The notes under the pieces are model-generated. The model searched no databases, had not been told where the DNA came from, and was given only the letters and a program-made list of their open reading frames with translations. Shown here piece by piece: positions 44,153 through 55,494 of a DNA stretch of 64,000 nucleotides. The DNA comes from Polyangiales bacterium (GTDB taxonomy: Bacteria > Myxococcota_A > Polyangia > Polyangiales > Ga0077539). The position numbers and the translations under genes are program-made. Where the stretch lies: NCBI GenBank assembly GCA_046351535.1, contig JAXLYG010000023.1:64001-128000 (forward strand), read 5' to 3'. The stretch's first letter is position 1, and each line of letters starts with the position of its first letter.

Positions 44153-44701
44153 GTGAAACGCCCTGGCAGCTCTCTCGTCCTCGCGGCGCTCCTGGCCTCT
44201 GCGATCTCCGGATGCGGCGACTCCACCACCACGCCGCCCCCCGTCGACGCCACGCTCGACACGGCCGCCGACGCGACCACGGACGTTCCCCTCGACCTCG
44301 CGGTGACCTGCGACGTCGAGCTGCCCGCCGACGCGTCGACGGTGGCCCCCACCTTCGCCAACGTGCGGACCTTCTTCATGCGCCGCTGCGCCGCGGGATC
44401 GGCGTGTCACGGCAACGGCGGACAGGGCGACCTCACGCTCCTCGGCCCCGCGCTCTACGACGACCTCGTGCGACACCCCTCCGCGGCCTTCCCCGCGCTC
44501 CCGAGGGTCGAGCCGGGCAACCTCGATCGCAGCTTCCTCTGGCTCAAGGTCAGCGGGTGCTTCACGCAGCTCCCCGGATGCCGCAACCCCGGCGGGACCT
44601 GCGGTGACCCCATGCCCACGCTCTCGCCCATTTCCGAAGGCTTCGCGCTCTCCGAAGCCGCCGTGATGCGCGCGTGGATCGCCGCCGGCGCCCCGCCCTG
44701 A
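44153..44701 (+). CDS. hypothetical lipoprotein
   Basis: GTG start gives MKRPGSSLVLAALLASAISGC (lipobox). Cys-rich mature part. Confidence 0.45.
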   Translation: MKRPGSSLVLAALLASAISGCGDSTTTPPPVDATLDTAADATTDVPLDLAVTCDVELPADASTVAPTFANVRTFFMRRCAAGSACHGNGGQGDLTLLGPALYDDLVRHPSAAFPALPRVEPGNLDRSFLWLKVSGCFTQLPGCRNPGGTCGDPMPTLSPISEGFALSEAAVMRAWIAAGAPP

Positions 44702-44779
44702 TCGCTCCCCACCACCGACAAGAGAAGTGTCTTGACCTCCATCAACTCAAGCGATGTTCGCGCGTTTACGGTCCGCCGC

Positions 44780-46072
44780 ATGGACCGCTCTTTTCTCCTC
44801 TTCACGTGCCTCCTCCTGGCCGCGTGCTCGGAGTCGCCGGGCTCGACACCCGCCGACGCAACGAGCGACGCCGACGCGACGCCCCCGACCGACACGCCGC
44901 GCGACACCGCCACCGACACGCCCGTCGATCAGCCCCCCGCGGACGTCCCCTTGGGCTCGACCTGGTGCACCACGGGAAGGACCGTCACGCAGGCGAGGCT
45001 CCCGTCCGGCTACTGCGCGAAGCTCTTCGTCGGATCGCCCGACACCTCCGTCGCGCACTCCCCCGTGATGGAGCCGCGCGTCATGGTCTTCGCCCCCAAC
45101 GGCGACCTCTTCGTGAGCGCCCCCGCGACCCCCACGCCGGGCGGCGCGAGCGGCGGCCCCGGGTCGATCCTCGTGCTCACGGACGACAACCTCGACGGCA
45201 CCGCGGAGGTGCACACCTTCCTCTCGGGCCTGCCCGACGTGCACGGCATCGCCTTCGGTCCCGACGCGCTCTACTACACCGTGACGGGCCGGGTGTTTCG
45301 CATCGGATACACCGCCGGTCAGCGCGCCGCGACGGGCACCGCGCAGATGGTCGGCACCCTCCCTCGCCCGGGCCGATGGACCCACGGCCTCGCGCGCTCC
45401 GCGGGCGGAACGCTCTACGCTTCGAACGGCGTCATCGCGGCCGCGTGTCCGTCGACGGAGGTGGGCTACATCGCGTCGGTCACGCCCACGGCCACCACGA
45501 CGCTCGCCGTGGGGCTGCGCAACCCGATGTCGCTGCGCTGCCATCCCACCGCGGAGCTCTGCATGGCGGCGGAGATGGGCGACGACGGCGGCGCCTCGTA
45601 CGGCGCGCGCGAGAAGCTCCTCACGATCCGCTCGGGGACGGACTACGGCTTCCCCTGCTGCGCGGGACCGAACCTCCCGGTCATGGGCGGGCCCTCGTGC
45701 GCGAGCATCACGCAAGAGGAGGTGGTCATCCCCCTCGGCAACTCGCCCTTCGGCTTCGACTGGGAGCGCGGGCGGTGGGCGGGCGCGATGAACGGCGTCC
45801 TCTGCATCGCGCAGCACGGGAGCTTCTACTCGTCGCCGCCGTGGGTCGGCGAAGGCGTCTACTGCACGCCGACCAACCCCACGACGCACGTCCCCACCGA
45901 CGCGTTCACCATGTTCTTCGGCGGCTTCAGCCCTTCGAATCAGCCCGCGGGCACGATGCTCCGCCCCGCCGACGTCGCCTTCGCCCCCGACGGACGCATG
46001 TTCGTCGCCGACGACATCGCCAACGCCGTCTACTGGGTCGCGCCCGAGACCCTCGCGCGCCCCACGCGCTGA
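44780..46072 (+). CDS. PQQ-dependent sugar (glucose/sorbosone) dehydrogenase-like beta-propeller lipoprotein
   Basis: MDRSFLLFTCLLLAACSE lipobox, acidic linker, then PRVMVFAPNGDLFVSAP...SILVLTDDNLDG...HGIAFGPD blades typical of the soluble quinoprotein dehydrogenase family. Confidence 0.55.
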   Translation: MDRSFLLFTCLLLAACSESPGSTPADATSDADATPPTDTPRDTATDTPVDQPPADVPLGSTWCTTGRTVTQARLPSGYCAKLFVGSPDTSVAHSPVMEPRVMVFAPNGDLFVSAPATPTPGGASGGPGSILVLTDDNLDGTAEVHTFLSGLPDVHGIAFGPDALYYTVTGRVFRIGYTAGQRAATGTAQMVGTLPRPGRWTHGLARSAGGTLYASNGVIAAACPSTEVGYIASVTPTATTTLAVGLRNPMSLRCHPTAELCMAAEMGDDGGASYGAREKLLTIRSGTDYGFPCCAGPNLPVMGGPSCASITQEEVVIPLGNSPFGFDWERGRWAGAMNGVLCIAQHGSFYSSPPWVGEGVYCTPTNPTTHVPTDAFTMFFGGFSPSNQPAGTMLRPADVAFAPDGRMFVADDIANAVYWVAPETLARPTR

Positions 46073-46105
46073 GACCCTGCGCCGCCACACGGAGCCGCTC
46101 ACCCC

Positions 46106-46741
46106 ATGAACGCTCGTCGCGCTACGCCTTCGCTCCTCCTCGTCGCGTGCCTCTTCGGCTGCTCGACGTCCTCGTCGACGCCCGACGCGACCGCGCCCGA
46201 CGTCGTCAACGACACCGCGAGCGACAACACGCCCGCGGACCTCCCCGTCACCGACGGGTCCGCCGACGTCGCGACCGACACGGCCTCCGACGCGCAAGAC
46301 GCCGCGGCCGACGCGCCGGACGCTCCCGTAGTGACCTTCTCGGCGATGACCACGATCACGGCGATCAACCAGAACTGCATGCCCGCGGTTCCGCGCGATC
46401 CCCTGTCGATCATGGGATCGATCGCGCTCACCAACACGGGGACCGTGCCCATCGGCCCGATCACGCTCACCACCGGGCTCGTCGTGCGCCTCCTCGGCGG
46501 AGACACCCTCGCCACCTTCGGCGTCACGCCCGCCACGCTCGCCGCCGTCGCGCCGAGGCAGACGGGCACCGTGACCTTCACGAAGGCCGCAGACACCCTC
46601 GGCAACGACGCGGGCACCGCGGGCTGCGAGATCGTCCCGTGCGGAACGCCCGTGCGCATCTCGATCCCGCTGAGCGGTACGAACGTGCCCGACGGAACGC
46701 GCGCGGCCTCGGAGCCCATGACCATCCCCTGCACGCACTGA
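46106..46741 (+). CDS. hypothetical lipoprotein
   Basis: MNARRATPSLLLVACLFGCS lipobox; D/T/A-rich linker. Confidence 0.5.
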   Translation: MNARRATPSLLLVACLFGCSTSSSTPDATAPDVVNDTASDNTPADLPVTDGSADVATDTASDAQDAAADAPDAPVVTFSAMTTITAINQNCMPAVPRDPLSIMGSIALTNTGTVPIGPITLTTGLVVRLLGGDTLATFGVTPATLAAVAPRQTGTVTFTKAADTLGNDAGTAGCEIVPCGTPVRISIPLSGTNVPDGTRAASEPMTIPCTH

Positions 46742-46792
46742 CACCGCGGTGGTTGCAATCGCGGAGCGTTCGGTGCAGAAGCACCGCCCCCG

Positions 46793-48403
<1,611 letters not shown>

Positions 48404-48410
48404 GCGCCCC

Positions 48411-49038
48411 ACTCATACCCCCGTCCCATCAGACCTGGACGTTTGCGTCGTTGCGCCGTCGGTTCGGCGTGGGAGGTCGAGGTGGGGTCTGGCAGCGCCG
48501 ATGGGCCGTCGGTTCGGCGTGGGAGGTCGAGGTGGGGTCTGGCGGCGTCGATGGCGAAGCACCAGTGGCGGAAGCTCGATGCGGGGCCGGGGTTCGGCGT
48601 GAGAGGTCGATGAGAGACTGGCTGTGCCGATGGCGAAGCGCCAGTGGAGGATGCTCGATGCGCCTCACCCCGGGCAACTGAAGGTGGTCACTCTCGCTTC
48701 GCGAGAGTTGCACGACGCGCAGAACGAACAGTCGCTGGTGTGGGCCGAAGCGATGCGGTTCACGAGCGCGAAACGATCGCAAGCAGAACGCCTGCAACTC
48801 CCGAAGGGAGTGACCACCTTCAGTTGCCCGGGGTGAGGCGCATCGAGCATCCTCCACTGGCGCTTCGCCATCGACACAGCCAGTCTCTCATCGACCTCTC
48901 ACGCCGAACCCCGGCCCCGCATCGAGCATCCTCCACGGGCGCTTCGCCATCGGCGCTGCCACTCCCCACATCGACCTCCCACGCCGAACCGACGGCGCAA
49001 CGACGCAAACGTCCAGGTCTGATGGGACGGTGGTATCA
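48411..49038. repeat. long near-perfect inverted repeat (arms about 215-280 bp, centre about 110 bp), MITE-like
   Basis: 48411-48697 is the reverse complement of 48809-49038 with a few mismatches. The left arm carries a 49-bp tandem duplication (gccgtcggttcggcgtgggaggtcgaggtggggtctggc… at 48462 and 48511). The ORF track shows mirrored ORFs on both strands, each starting MEDARCASPRATEGGHS. Confidence 0.85.
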
Positions 49039-49075
49039 CACGCAACTCCCCCGCCCTGCGATATCGTCGCGCGTG

Positions 49076-50464
49076 ATGCGCCGCGCAACGTCGTCCGGGG
49101 TCTCCGCGCTCGCCCTCGCGCTCTCCTTCGCGGGCGGAGCGAGCGCCAACAGCATGGTCACGCACGTGTGGGTCGCCGAGCAGGCGATCGAGCGCGTCGA
49201 AGCCGCTCCGCTGCGAGACATCGTGCGCGATCCGTCGCTGCGCGCGGTGATCCAGAACGGCGCGATCTACCCCGACTCGGGCTACTCGGTGCACGCCGAC
49301 TACGGCGAGTGGGCGCACTGGGAGAGCTTCATCGAGCCCTACCTCCAGTGGATCCGCGCGCGCTACGCCGCCGAGGGGTACCGCTCGCCCGACGCGCGGC
49401 GCCACGTGGCCTTTCTCATGGGCAACGCCGCCCACTCGATGACCGACCAGACCTTCGACCAGTACTTCGTCGAGCGCGTGCGACAGCACGATCACACCGA
49501 CGCCAACGACCTCGACATCGGCTCCGACACCTGGCTCATCATCGAGCACGGCGTCACGAGCGGCGCCGACGGCGCGTTCTGGTTCGACGAGATGCCCGCC
49601 ATCCACGAGGCCGTGCACGGCCCGATGGTGACGCCCGCGATGCTCCGTCAGGCCGCAGGGCTCACCGCGGGGGCGACGAACTTTCTCCCGCGCATCGCGC
49701 ACACGCTCTACGCGCTTCGCTGGCGGCAGATGCCGTGGGCCGGTTCGCACTACTGGGACCCCGCGACGCCCGGCTCGTATCCGCACCTCGTGAGCACCAC
49801 GGCGGCGTACTGGGATTTTCTCTGGATGCGCCTTCAGAACGCGGCTCCCGCCGATGCGGCGCCGCTCTATTCGTGGCCCGCGCCGGGGCAGACGAACTTT
49901 CCCGTCGACCACGCCGACATCGAGAGCCGCATCGTGGTGACCACCGCGTGGGGGCTCGACAACGCGACCGTCAACGCCTCGACCGTGCGCGTGCTCGGCC
50001 CCGACGGCGTCGCCCTCGACGCGCGCGTCTCCCGCTACGGCGACGAGGGAAACACCCTCATGGTGCGCACCACCGCGGACCTCGCGTTCAACACCGCGTA
50101 CCGCGTCGAGCTCTCGGGCACGATCCGCGCGCTCGCGGGACCCGCCATCGGCCACGCGCTCACGATCCCCTTTCGAACGCGCTGTGCGCCCGATCACCTC
50201 GGCGACTGTCCTGCCCTCCCGGTAGCCCTCCCGACGCTCGCGGATCCGCCTGTGAGCGATCCGCAGCCCCCCTCGGGCGTCGACGCGGGTGTCGGCCCGA
50301 TCACGATGGTCGACGACGCGGGGCGACCGACGAAGGTGCCCATGTCGCGCCCCATCGCAGCGAGCGAAGGCGGCTGCAACACGCGCGTCGGAAGGCGAGG
50401 AGACCTCGGCTTCGCAGCGCTTCTCGCGCTCTCGGTGGCCGCGCTTCGTCGACGGAGACGCTGA
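49076..50464 (+). CDS. zinc-dependent phospholipase C / S1-P1 nuclease superfamily-like exported protein with MYXO-CTERM-like tail
   Basis: Signal peptide MRRATSSGVSALALALSFAGGASA. THVWVAEQAI and HVAFLMGNAAHSMTD resemble the Zn-PLC H-x-W and H…D motifs. C-terminus GGCNTRVGRRGDLGFAALLALSVAALRRRRR (Cys + hydrophobic + basic). Confidence 0.55.
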   Translation: MRRATSSGVSALALALSFAGGASANSMVTHVWVAEQAIERVEAAPLRDIVRDPSLRAVIQNGAIYPDSGYSVHADYGEWAHWESFIEPYLQWIRARYAAEGYRSPDARRHVAFLMGNAAHSMTDQTFDQYFVERVRQHDHTDANDLDIGSDTWLIIEHGVTSGADGAFWFDEMPAIHEAVHGPMVTPAMLRQAAGLTAGATNFLPRIAHTLYALRWRQMPWAGSHYWDPATPGSYPHLVSTTAAYWDFLWMRLQNAAPADAAPLYSWPAPGQTNFPVDHADIESRIVVTTAWGLDNATVNASTVRVLGPDGVALDARVSRYGDEGNTLMVRTTADLAFNTAYRVELSGTIRALAGPAIGHALTIPFRTRCAPDHLGDCPALPVALPTLADPPVSDPQPPSGVDAGVGPITMVDDAGRPTKVPMSRPIAASEGGCNTRVGRRGDLGFAALLALSVAALRRRRR

Positions 50465-50616
50465 CCGCACGCGTGTCGCACGTCGACGATAACTGTCGAC
50501 TCGATGCGACACGCGCGACGCCGAAACCGCGCCACACGCGGGGCGAACCGCCGTGGCATCGAGCCTGCAAAAGTGTCCCTCGCTCGCCGACGTGGCGACG
50601 AGGAGCCGGAGTGACC

Positions 50617-50793
50617 ATGAAGCAGTTGTTCGTGAGCGCGCTGATCGCGGGGTCGATGCTGGGTGGCTGTGTCGTTCGCGCGCGTCACCCCGGGGTCGTG
50701 GTGCGGCCTGCGCCGGTGGTGGTGATGCGTCCCGCGCCCGTGGTCGTCGCGCAGCCCGTGATGCAGCCTACGACCGTCGTCGTCGCGCAGTAG
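50617..50793 (+). CDS. small lipoprotein with RPAPVVV repeats
   Basis: AGGAG RBS about 10 nt upstream. MKQLFVSALIAGSMLGGC lipobox. 58 aa. Confidence 0.4.
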   Translation: MKQLFVSALIAGSMLGGCVVRARHPGVVVRPAPVVVMRPAPVVVAQPVMQPTTVVVAQ

Positions 50794-51042
50794 GCCAGAC
50801 GCTTGGAGGACACGCCGCGCTGCCGTGCGAGCGCGTGCGCGCTCAAGCCGGAAGCGCGCCACTCATCGAGTGCCGCGCGGGCTTCGATCTCGGTGCACTG
50901 CTTCCATCGTCGCTTCTGGGTCCGTCGGGTCATCGTTGCCTCCGAACGCCCGCATACGACGGGCGGCGGAAGCTCAACAGACGGCGATCACGGAGGGGCT
51001 GCGTCGCGCACGCGACGACGAAGAGAGACGCCCGCGACGCGC

Positions 51043-52386
51043 TCAACGAATGCGTTCCCCGATCGATGTCATCGCGCCACGGAAGCTGCCCGCGCAGATC
51101 GAGGACACGATGCCGTTGTGGCAGGGGTGCCCCGCGCAGAGCGCTGACTCGTCGAAGCGTCGGGCGACCTCGACGAGGCGTCGGGCGGGCCACGCAGCGT
51201 ATTGCCTGCCCACGTCGCACGAATCCGCCATCCGAGACCCCTCGCCGCGGCACGCTGGAACCACTCGGAGCGCGGGGCATTGCGGATCTGGGTTGGCTTG
51301 CCGCATGGAGATGGGCCCTTCACGGCTCGTCGTCGTGATCGCGGTCGCGCTCCTGCGTCGACAAAAGTCATCGGGCGAGGCGGGATCCGGCGCTCCGAGC
51401 AGCGCGTCCCAGTCCGTCGAAGCTCCGTTGCCGGTGCCTCTTGTGGGCATCTCGAGCGGAACGCCTGTGATGGCAGCAAACATCACACGCTCCGGGTGCC
51501 CCGGCTTGAGCCCGGGGAAACCGCGCCCCGGCTGGCGCGGATCCACATAGCGATCGAGCGGCCACGTCGGGTCCTGAGCGCTGCAGGGTTGGTCGAGATA
51601 GAACCGCAGGTTGATGTCTGACCCAGCCCAGGCTGAAGAAGTTGCGTCGAAGACGTCCGTTGCATCTACGCACGTCGAGGAGCCCCTCTCGGCGTAGGAA
51701 CAATCCCGGACCGATCCGTCGTCCTCGTCGGAGAGCACCAGGATCGCGAGTTGCGCATCCTCGCGTAGAAAGCCGGCGTTGGGGCCGTCGTTGTCGGGCC
51801 GGTTATCCGCGCGCCGCCAGACGACGGCGCGGTAGGCCGCTTCGAGCGGTTGCTCAATTCCGCAACCGAACGAGGAGAGGGCGACGTTGCAAAGCACGTC
51901 GTGAGCGACAGGTGCCACGACCCGATCCGGCGCGAACGCGAGGAACGGAGGGAACGTCGCGCAGTCGGAGGGGCGCAGCCCCGATGCCCCCGTCGACCCT
52001 CTGCTCGATGATGCCGGACCGTAGCGCAAAGGGTTCAAGAATCCATCGTCCCCGCGTGCAGGGCAGTCGACTAACACCCCATCCTTCGACCCGAGATCCG
52101 TCGAGACGACCCCGATATGGAGGTCCCGGATCGCGGGGTAATCAGGTCGCCCATCCCCGTTGGAATCTGGGGGGTTGGCGAGCACGTCGAGGAATGAGTC
52201 GAACTGCTCGGCCAGGAGCGCCTGATTTCTAGCCATGCTTCCAGAGTCATCGATGACCAGGAGCAGATCGAGGGACGAGGCGGGCGAGGTCCGCACGTCA
52301 GCGATCGAGGGACCGCCATCGACACCGACAGCGGTCGAGCCACCACAGGAGACGAGCGCAAATAAGGCCCCCAGAAATATCCTCAT
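51043..52386 (-). CDS. VWA-domain lipoprotein
   Basis: MRIFLGALFALVSCGGS lipobox. MIDAS-like motif LLLVIDDSGSM. Confidence 0.6.
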   Translation of the reverse strand: MRIFLGALFALVSCGGSTAVGVDGGPSIADVRTSPASSLDLLLVIDDSGSMARNQALLAEQFDSFLDVLANPPDSNGDGRPDYPAIRDLHIGVVSTDLGSKDGVLVDCPARGDDGFLNPLRYGPASSSRGSTGASGLRPSDCATFPPFLAFAPDRVVAPVAHDVLCNVALSSFGCGIEQPLEAAYRAVVWRRADNRPDNDGPNAGFLREDAQLAILVLSDEDDGSVRDCSYAERGSSTCVDATDVFDATSSAWAGSDINLRFYLDQPCSAQDPTWPLDRYVDPRQPGRGFPGLKPGHPERVMFAAITGVPLEMPTRGTGNGASTDWDALLGAPDPASPDDFCRRRSATAITTTSREGPISMRQANPDPQCPALRVVPACRGEGSRMADSCDVGRQYAAWPARRLVEVARRFDESALCAGHPCHNGIVSSICAGSFRGAMTSIGERIR

Positions 52387-52425
52387 CGACCGAATTTCCT
52401 ATACCATCGATCGAACCAACTCGAA

Positions 52426-53274
52426 CTAAATACCCGTTGCATGGCGAACATTATACCCGATACCCGCCAACATTGTTGCACCGTCCTCGTTAAAAATCGC
52501 AGGACGGTAGGTTGAGTCATTCCACAAAATCCCAACCGGATGGGTATTGAAGCCAACCCGAACATCGGGATTTCCCTGAATTTGAGCAGCGAGTCGGAAA
52601 CTCGCGTTTTGGGTGACAAAGTGAAACTCCGAGGCGCTGTCACCGCCCTTCCCCTTGAAGAGCAAGAAATCATTCGAACTGCCGCTCCTGCCGCTCGTCA
52701 CGACGGTCCTCGTATGTTCCACCCAGGATCCGTAGGTAGAAGCATCAAGAATCTCGACATGGAAACCAGCTCCGATCATCATTGACGAGAAGTCCTGATT
52801 GTAGATGCACCACCGAGAAATATCCTCATTGTACCAAACCCCAATGGGGCGATTCATCAACAAGCGATTCGTAACATACGGAGTGACGAAGAACACAGCC
52901 TGAGGATGGCCATTCAGATACCGATAATCGAGAATGGTGAGATTCGAAACAGTGTTCGAACTGCTCGCATAGTGCGCAAATCCCCCGACCCATCGCTGAT
53001 TCCAAGCCGAAACATCGAAGGTGGCACCAAGGGGTATCGGAGCACCATCAATATTCGTAATTGCCCACTTTGCGGAACCAGGTTTTTCATATGTAACCCC
53101 AATAAAATGAGGATTAGAAACGCCAGGAACCCCGGCGTATGGATTGAAAAAATGTGTCACGGTGAGGAGGGCGCGCGAATTGCGGTTGAGTATGGGGTGA
53201 TCGAGAAACGTAAGGTTCGCGTCCGCATTCTCACGCGTCACAACATGTCGGAACGTATGGTTGATTGGAGGCAT
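52426..53274 (-). CDS. hypothetical protein (low-GC island)
   Basis: 282 aa, beta-rich, N/Y/F-rich composition. No family recognised. Confidence 0.5.
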   Translation of the reverse strand: MPPINHTFRHVVTRENADANLTFLDHPILNRNSRALLTVTHFFNPYAGVPGVSNPHFIGVTYEKPGSAKWAITNIDGAPIPLGATFDVSAWNQRWVGGFAHYASSSNTVSNLTILDYRYLNGHPQAVFFVTPYVTNRLLMNRPIGVWYNEDISRWCIYNQDFSSMMIGAGFHVEILDASTYGSWVEHTRTVVTSGRSGSSNDFLLFKGKGGDSASEFHFVTQNASFRLAAQIQGNPDVRVGFNTHPVGILWNDSTYRPAIFNEDGATMLAGIGYNVRHATGI

Positions 53275-53285
53275 TCGAGTTCGAC

Positions 53286-53639
53286 CTATCTAGACGGTGG
53301 ATTCCAGAAATCATCCCATGGAGGTGGCATCAGATAAATACTGCGGAGTTCGCCCACCTTCCCGCTAACACATGTTGCGCACTTGGAATTGGGCGTAGTG
53401 GCTCCGACTGGATCCGCGAAGCGTGCGTGTTTCTCTGGTGCTGCGACTCGCCGCAATGGATTTTGTGTCGATGTCAGCACTTCGTGTACCAACAACGGCG
53501 TGCTATCCCACGTTAACGCGATCCCTTGTCGACGGCTGAGAACATCTAACGAAGCGGACCACCCACCAACCGACTTCCCATCGGCATTTCCCAGAACGGA
53601 GCCGTTCTTCTCCTGCCAACTCTTGAGCATGTCCTTCAT
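53286..53639 (-). CDS. small protein sharing N-terminal leader MKDMLKSWQEKN with 54244..55494
   Basis: The first 12 codons and the RBS region are near-identical to the upstream 416-aa gene; the rest is unrelated. Confidence 0.4.
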   Translation of the reverse strand: MKDMLKSWQEKNGSVLGNADGKSVGGWSASLDVLSRRQGIALTWDSTPLLVHEVLTSTQNPLRRVAAPEKHARFADPVGATTPNSKCATCVSGKVGELRSIYLMPPPWDDFWNPPSR

Positions 53640-53701
53640 CGAACGTCCCTTCGAACTACTCGGTCGAATGGATGGTGAGGTGCCCTATGGCTATCACACA
53701 G

Positions 53702-54172
53702 TCACCGGATGTAGTTCTGAAACAGGGCAAGCGACTCTTCGACCTCGTGAGGCACACGTGGACTTCCGGTGCAAGGGTACAACTCATAACCTCTTCGGGG
53801 GAGAACTGCCGCTATCGCGAAGATACAATGCACGGGCCCCGGCTCATAACTGTCAGGACGGACTCGGCGCAGCCCAGTCGACTCAATGCGATGCAGTAGA
53901 GCCACAGCATCCTCGGAGGTATGGTGTCCCACGGGTACTCCGACCCACCCTCCATCAACCATCAACTCGCGAAACCAAACCGTACCGTCCTCTCTCACCG
54001 AAGTTCGAATCTCCCGAGCTCCGAACGGGCAGGTGTGAGACACCACCACAGGGGACTGATTATCGGCATCTGGCAGAGCAGCGACATCTGCGTCGTGGCG
54101 CGCGACGTCTGGAACTGGAGACGCGGCGCGCGTTCTGGCACAACTGAAGAGCAATGAAATCCAAACGAACAT
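53702..54172 (-). CDS. small putative lipoprotein/exported protein
   Basis: Internal start MFVWISLLFSCARTRAASP (signal/lipobox-like). About 157 aa. Confidence 0.4.
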   Translation of the reverse strand: MFVWISLLFSCARTRAASPVPDVARHDADVAALPDADNQSPVVVSHTCPFGAREIRTSVREDGTVWFRELMVDGGWVGVPVGHHTSEDAVALLHRIESTGLRRVRPDSYEPGPVHCIFAIAAVLPRRGYELYPCTGSPRVPHEVEESLALFQNYIR

Positions 54173-54243
54173 CGCAACATTAGGCGCCTGGATTCTAGAT
54201 AAAATCAGCCTGAACTCGGAACTCATTTTCAACGACATGTTGA

Positions 54244-55494
54244 CTAGTGGTGGATTCGGAGAACGCTCGGTCTCGGACGGCTGGACGGGGCGGAATCCTG
54301 CGGCGCGTTGAGGCACGCGCTAATCACCCTGGAGGCCATCTGTGCCGTCTGAGTCAGCGCCAGATACACGGCGTCTTCCGTCCCCGTTAATCCATACAAA
54401 AACAGTAAGAACAGCCCGTACGACACCGCGACAGAGTAACCTTCAAGCACGCATGGTCCCCTGTTCTGCGGCCACGATCTCCCCGTTGCTTCAGCGCACA
54501 ACATCGCGAGATCATCAAGCGTGGCGGCAGCGTCCAAAGCAGGAAACAGGGATGCAGGAACGCCATACCTCCTAGCTTCCTCGATAGCTTGGGCCCTGCA
54601 GAGACGTCTGACTTCCGCGCGTCCAAGGGCCTGCAACTCCTGCGTACGTTCTCCCCACTGTTGAATGCAATGTTGGTGCGCGTTATAGGCGTCGGCGCAA
54701 TCGTCAGGGCTGCAGTGTGCATACGCTTCACCGAGCGCGACACACGGATCAGGATTGTCGATTCGGTCGCACTGACGATACCACGACGCAAAACCAAGCC
54801 ACGTCCCGTTACCCTCGAGTCCGTCAAAGATAAGATTCCAGACATCGTCAGCGGCCGCAGTAATTGCTCCGCAGGTGTCGCTCCCATCATAACTGATACC
54901 GTGACCGATTCTATCCCATACGCTTGTTCCTCCCGCGGAACCCTCGGCATTGGTAACGGATTCGATCAACTTGACTGCAATCATTCTCTCGCGATCCGGC
55001 AGGTGAGATGTGTAGTTGCCGACACGAGCAAGCTTGCTTACAAGCGTATTTGTAGCCGTGTGCCCGATGGTATTGCTCCACACCATGGAGAGAATCTGCT
55101 CATTGTCCTGCAGTCTGGCTGTCAAATCGTGTTTGCTATCGAGCAGAACGGCGAAGTCGAGGGCCTGATTCCTTCGCACCGGAGGCGTGTTGCTATCAGT
55201 GCGACGAGAGCCACAGTCGCCACCGCAGGAACATCCCTTGTTTGCCTTGATGGAATCCACAAGCGAATTGGCCCCACGCGTAGTTGTTGCGTTTGAATCG
55301 CAGAAGAACTTCCTTCTTTCAGTTGTTGCGGATGATCCCCTTGCTGTTGATTGTTCAGCCTCGACCGCGAGAGCTGTCTTCAGAGAGCGCTTGACGATAT
55401 CGGTTGAACCCGTTCCCTCTCTCTCCGACTTCTCCGTCGCGTCTCGATGAATCAGACTGTTTCTCTCCTGCCAGCTCTTCAGCATGTCCTTCAT
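54244..55494 (-). CDS. hypothetical Cys-rich protein with N-terminal leader MKDMLKSWQERN
   Basis: 416 aa. Start overlaps upstream gene stop (ATGA). Cys-rich C-terminal half. No family recognised. Confidence 0.5.
   Translation of the reverse strand: MKDMLKSWQERNSLIHRDATEKSEREGTGSTDIVKRSLKTALAVEAEQSTARGSSATTERRKFFCDSNATTTRGANSLVDSIKANKGCSCGGDCGSRRTDSNTPPVRRNQALDFAVLLDSKHDLTARLQDNEQILSMVWSNTIGHTATNTLVSKLARVGNYTSHLPDRERMIAVKLIESVTNAEGSAGGTSVWDRIGHGISYDGSDTCGAITAAADDVWNLIFDGLEGNGTWLGFASWYRQCDRIDNPDPCVALGEAYAHCSPDDCADAYNAHQHCIQQWGERTQELQALGRAEVRRLCRAQAIEEARRYGVPASLFPALDAAATLDDLAMLCAEATGRSWPQNRGPCVLEGYSVAVSYGLFLLFLYGLTGTEDAVYLALTQTAQMASRVISACLNAPQDSAPSSRPRPSVLRIHH

Noticed and set aside
48429-48857. 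142-aa minus ORF and the 5' 430 bp of the + ORF 48644..50464, both beginning MEDARCASPRATEGGHS
   Set aside because: The identical N-termini come from the inverted repeat being read on both strands. The real downstream gene starts at 49076 with its own signal peptide.
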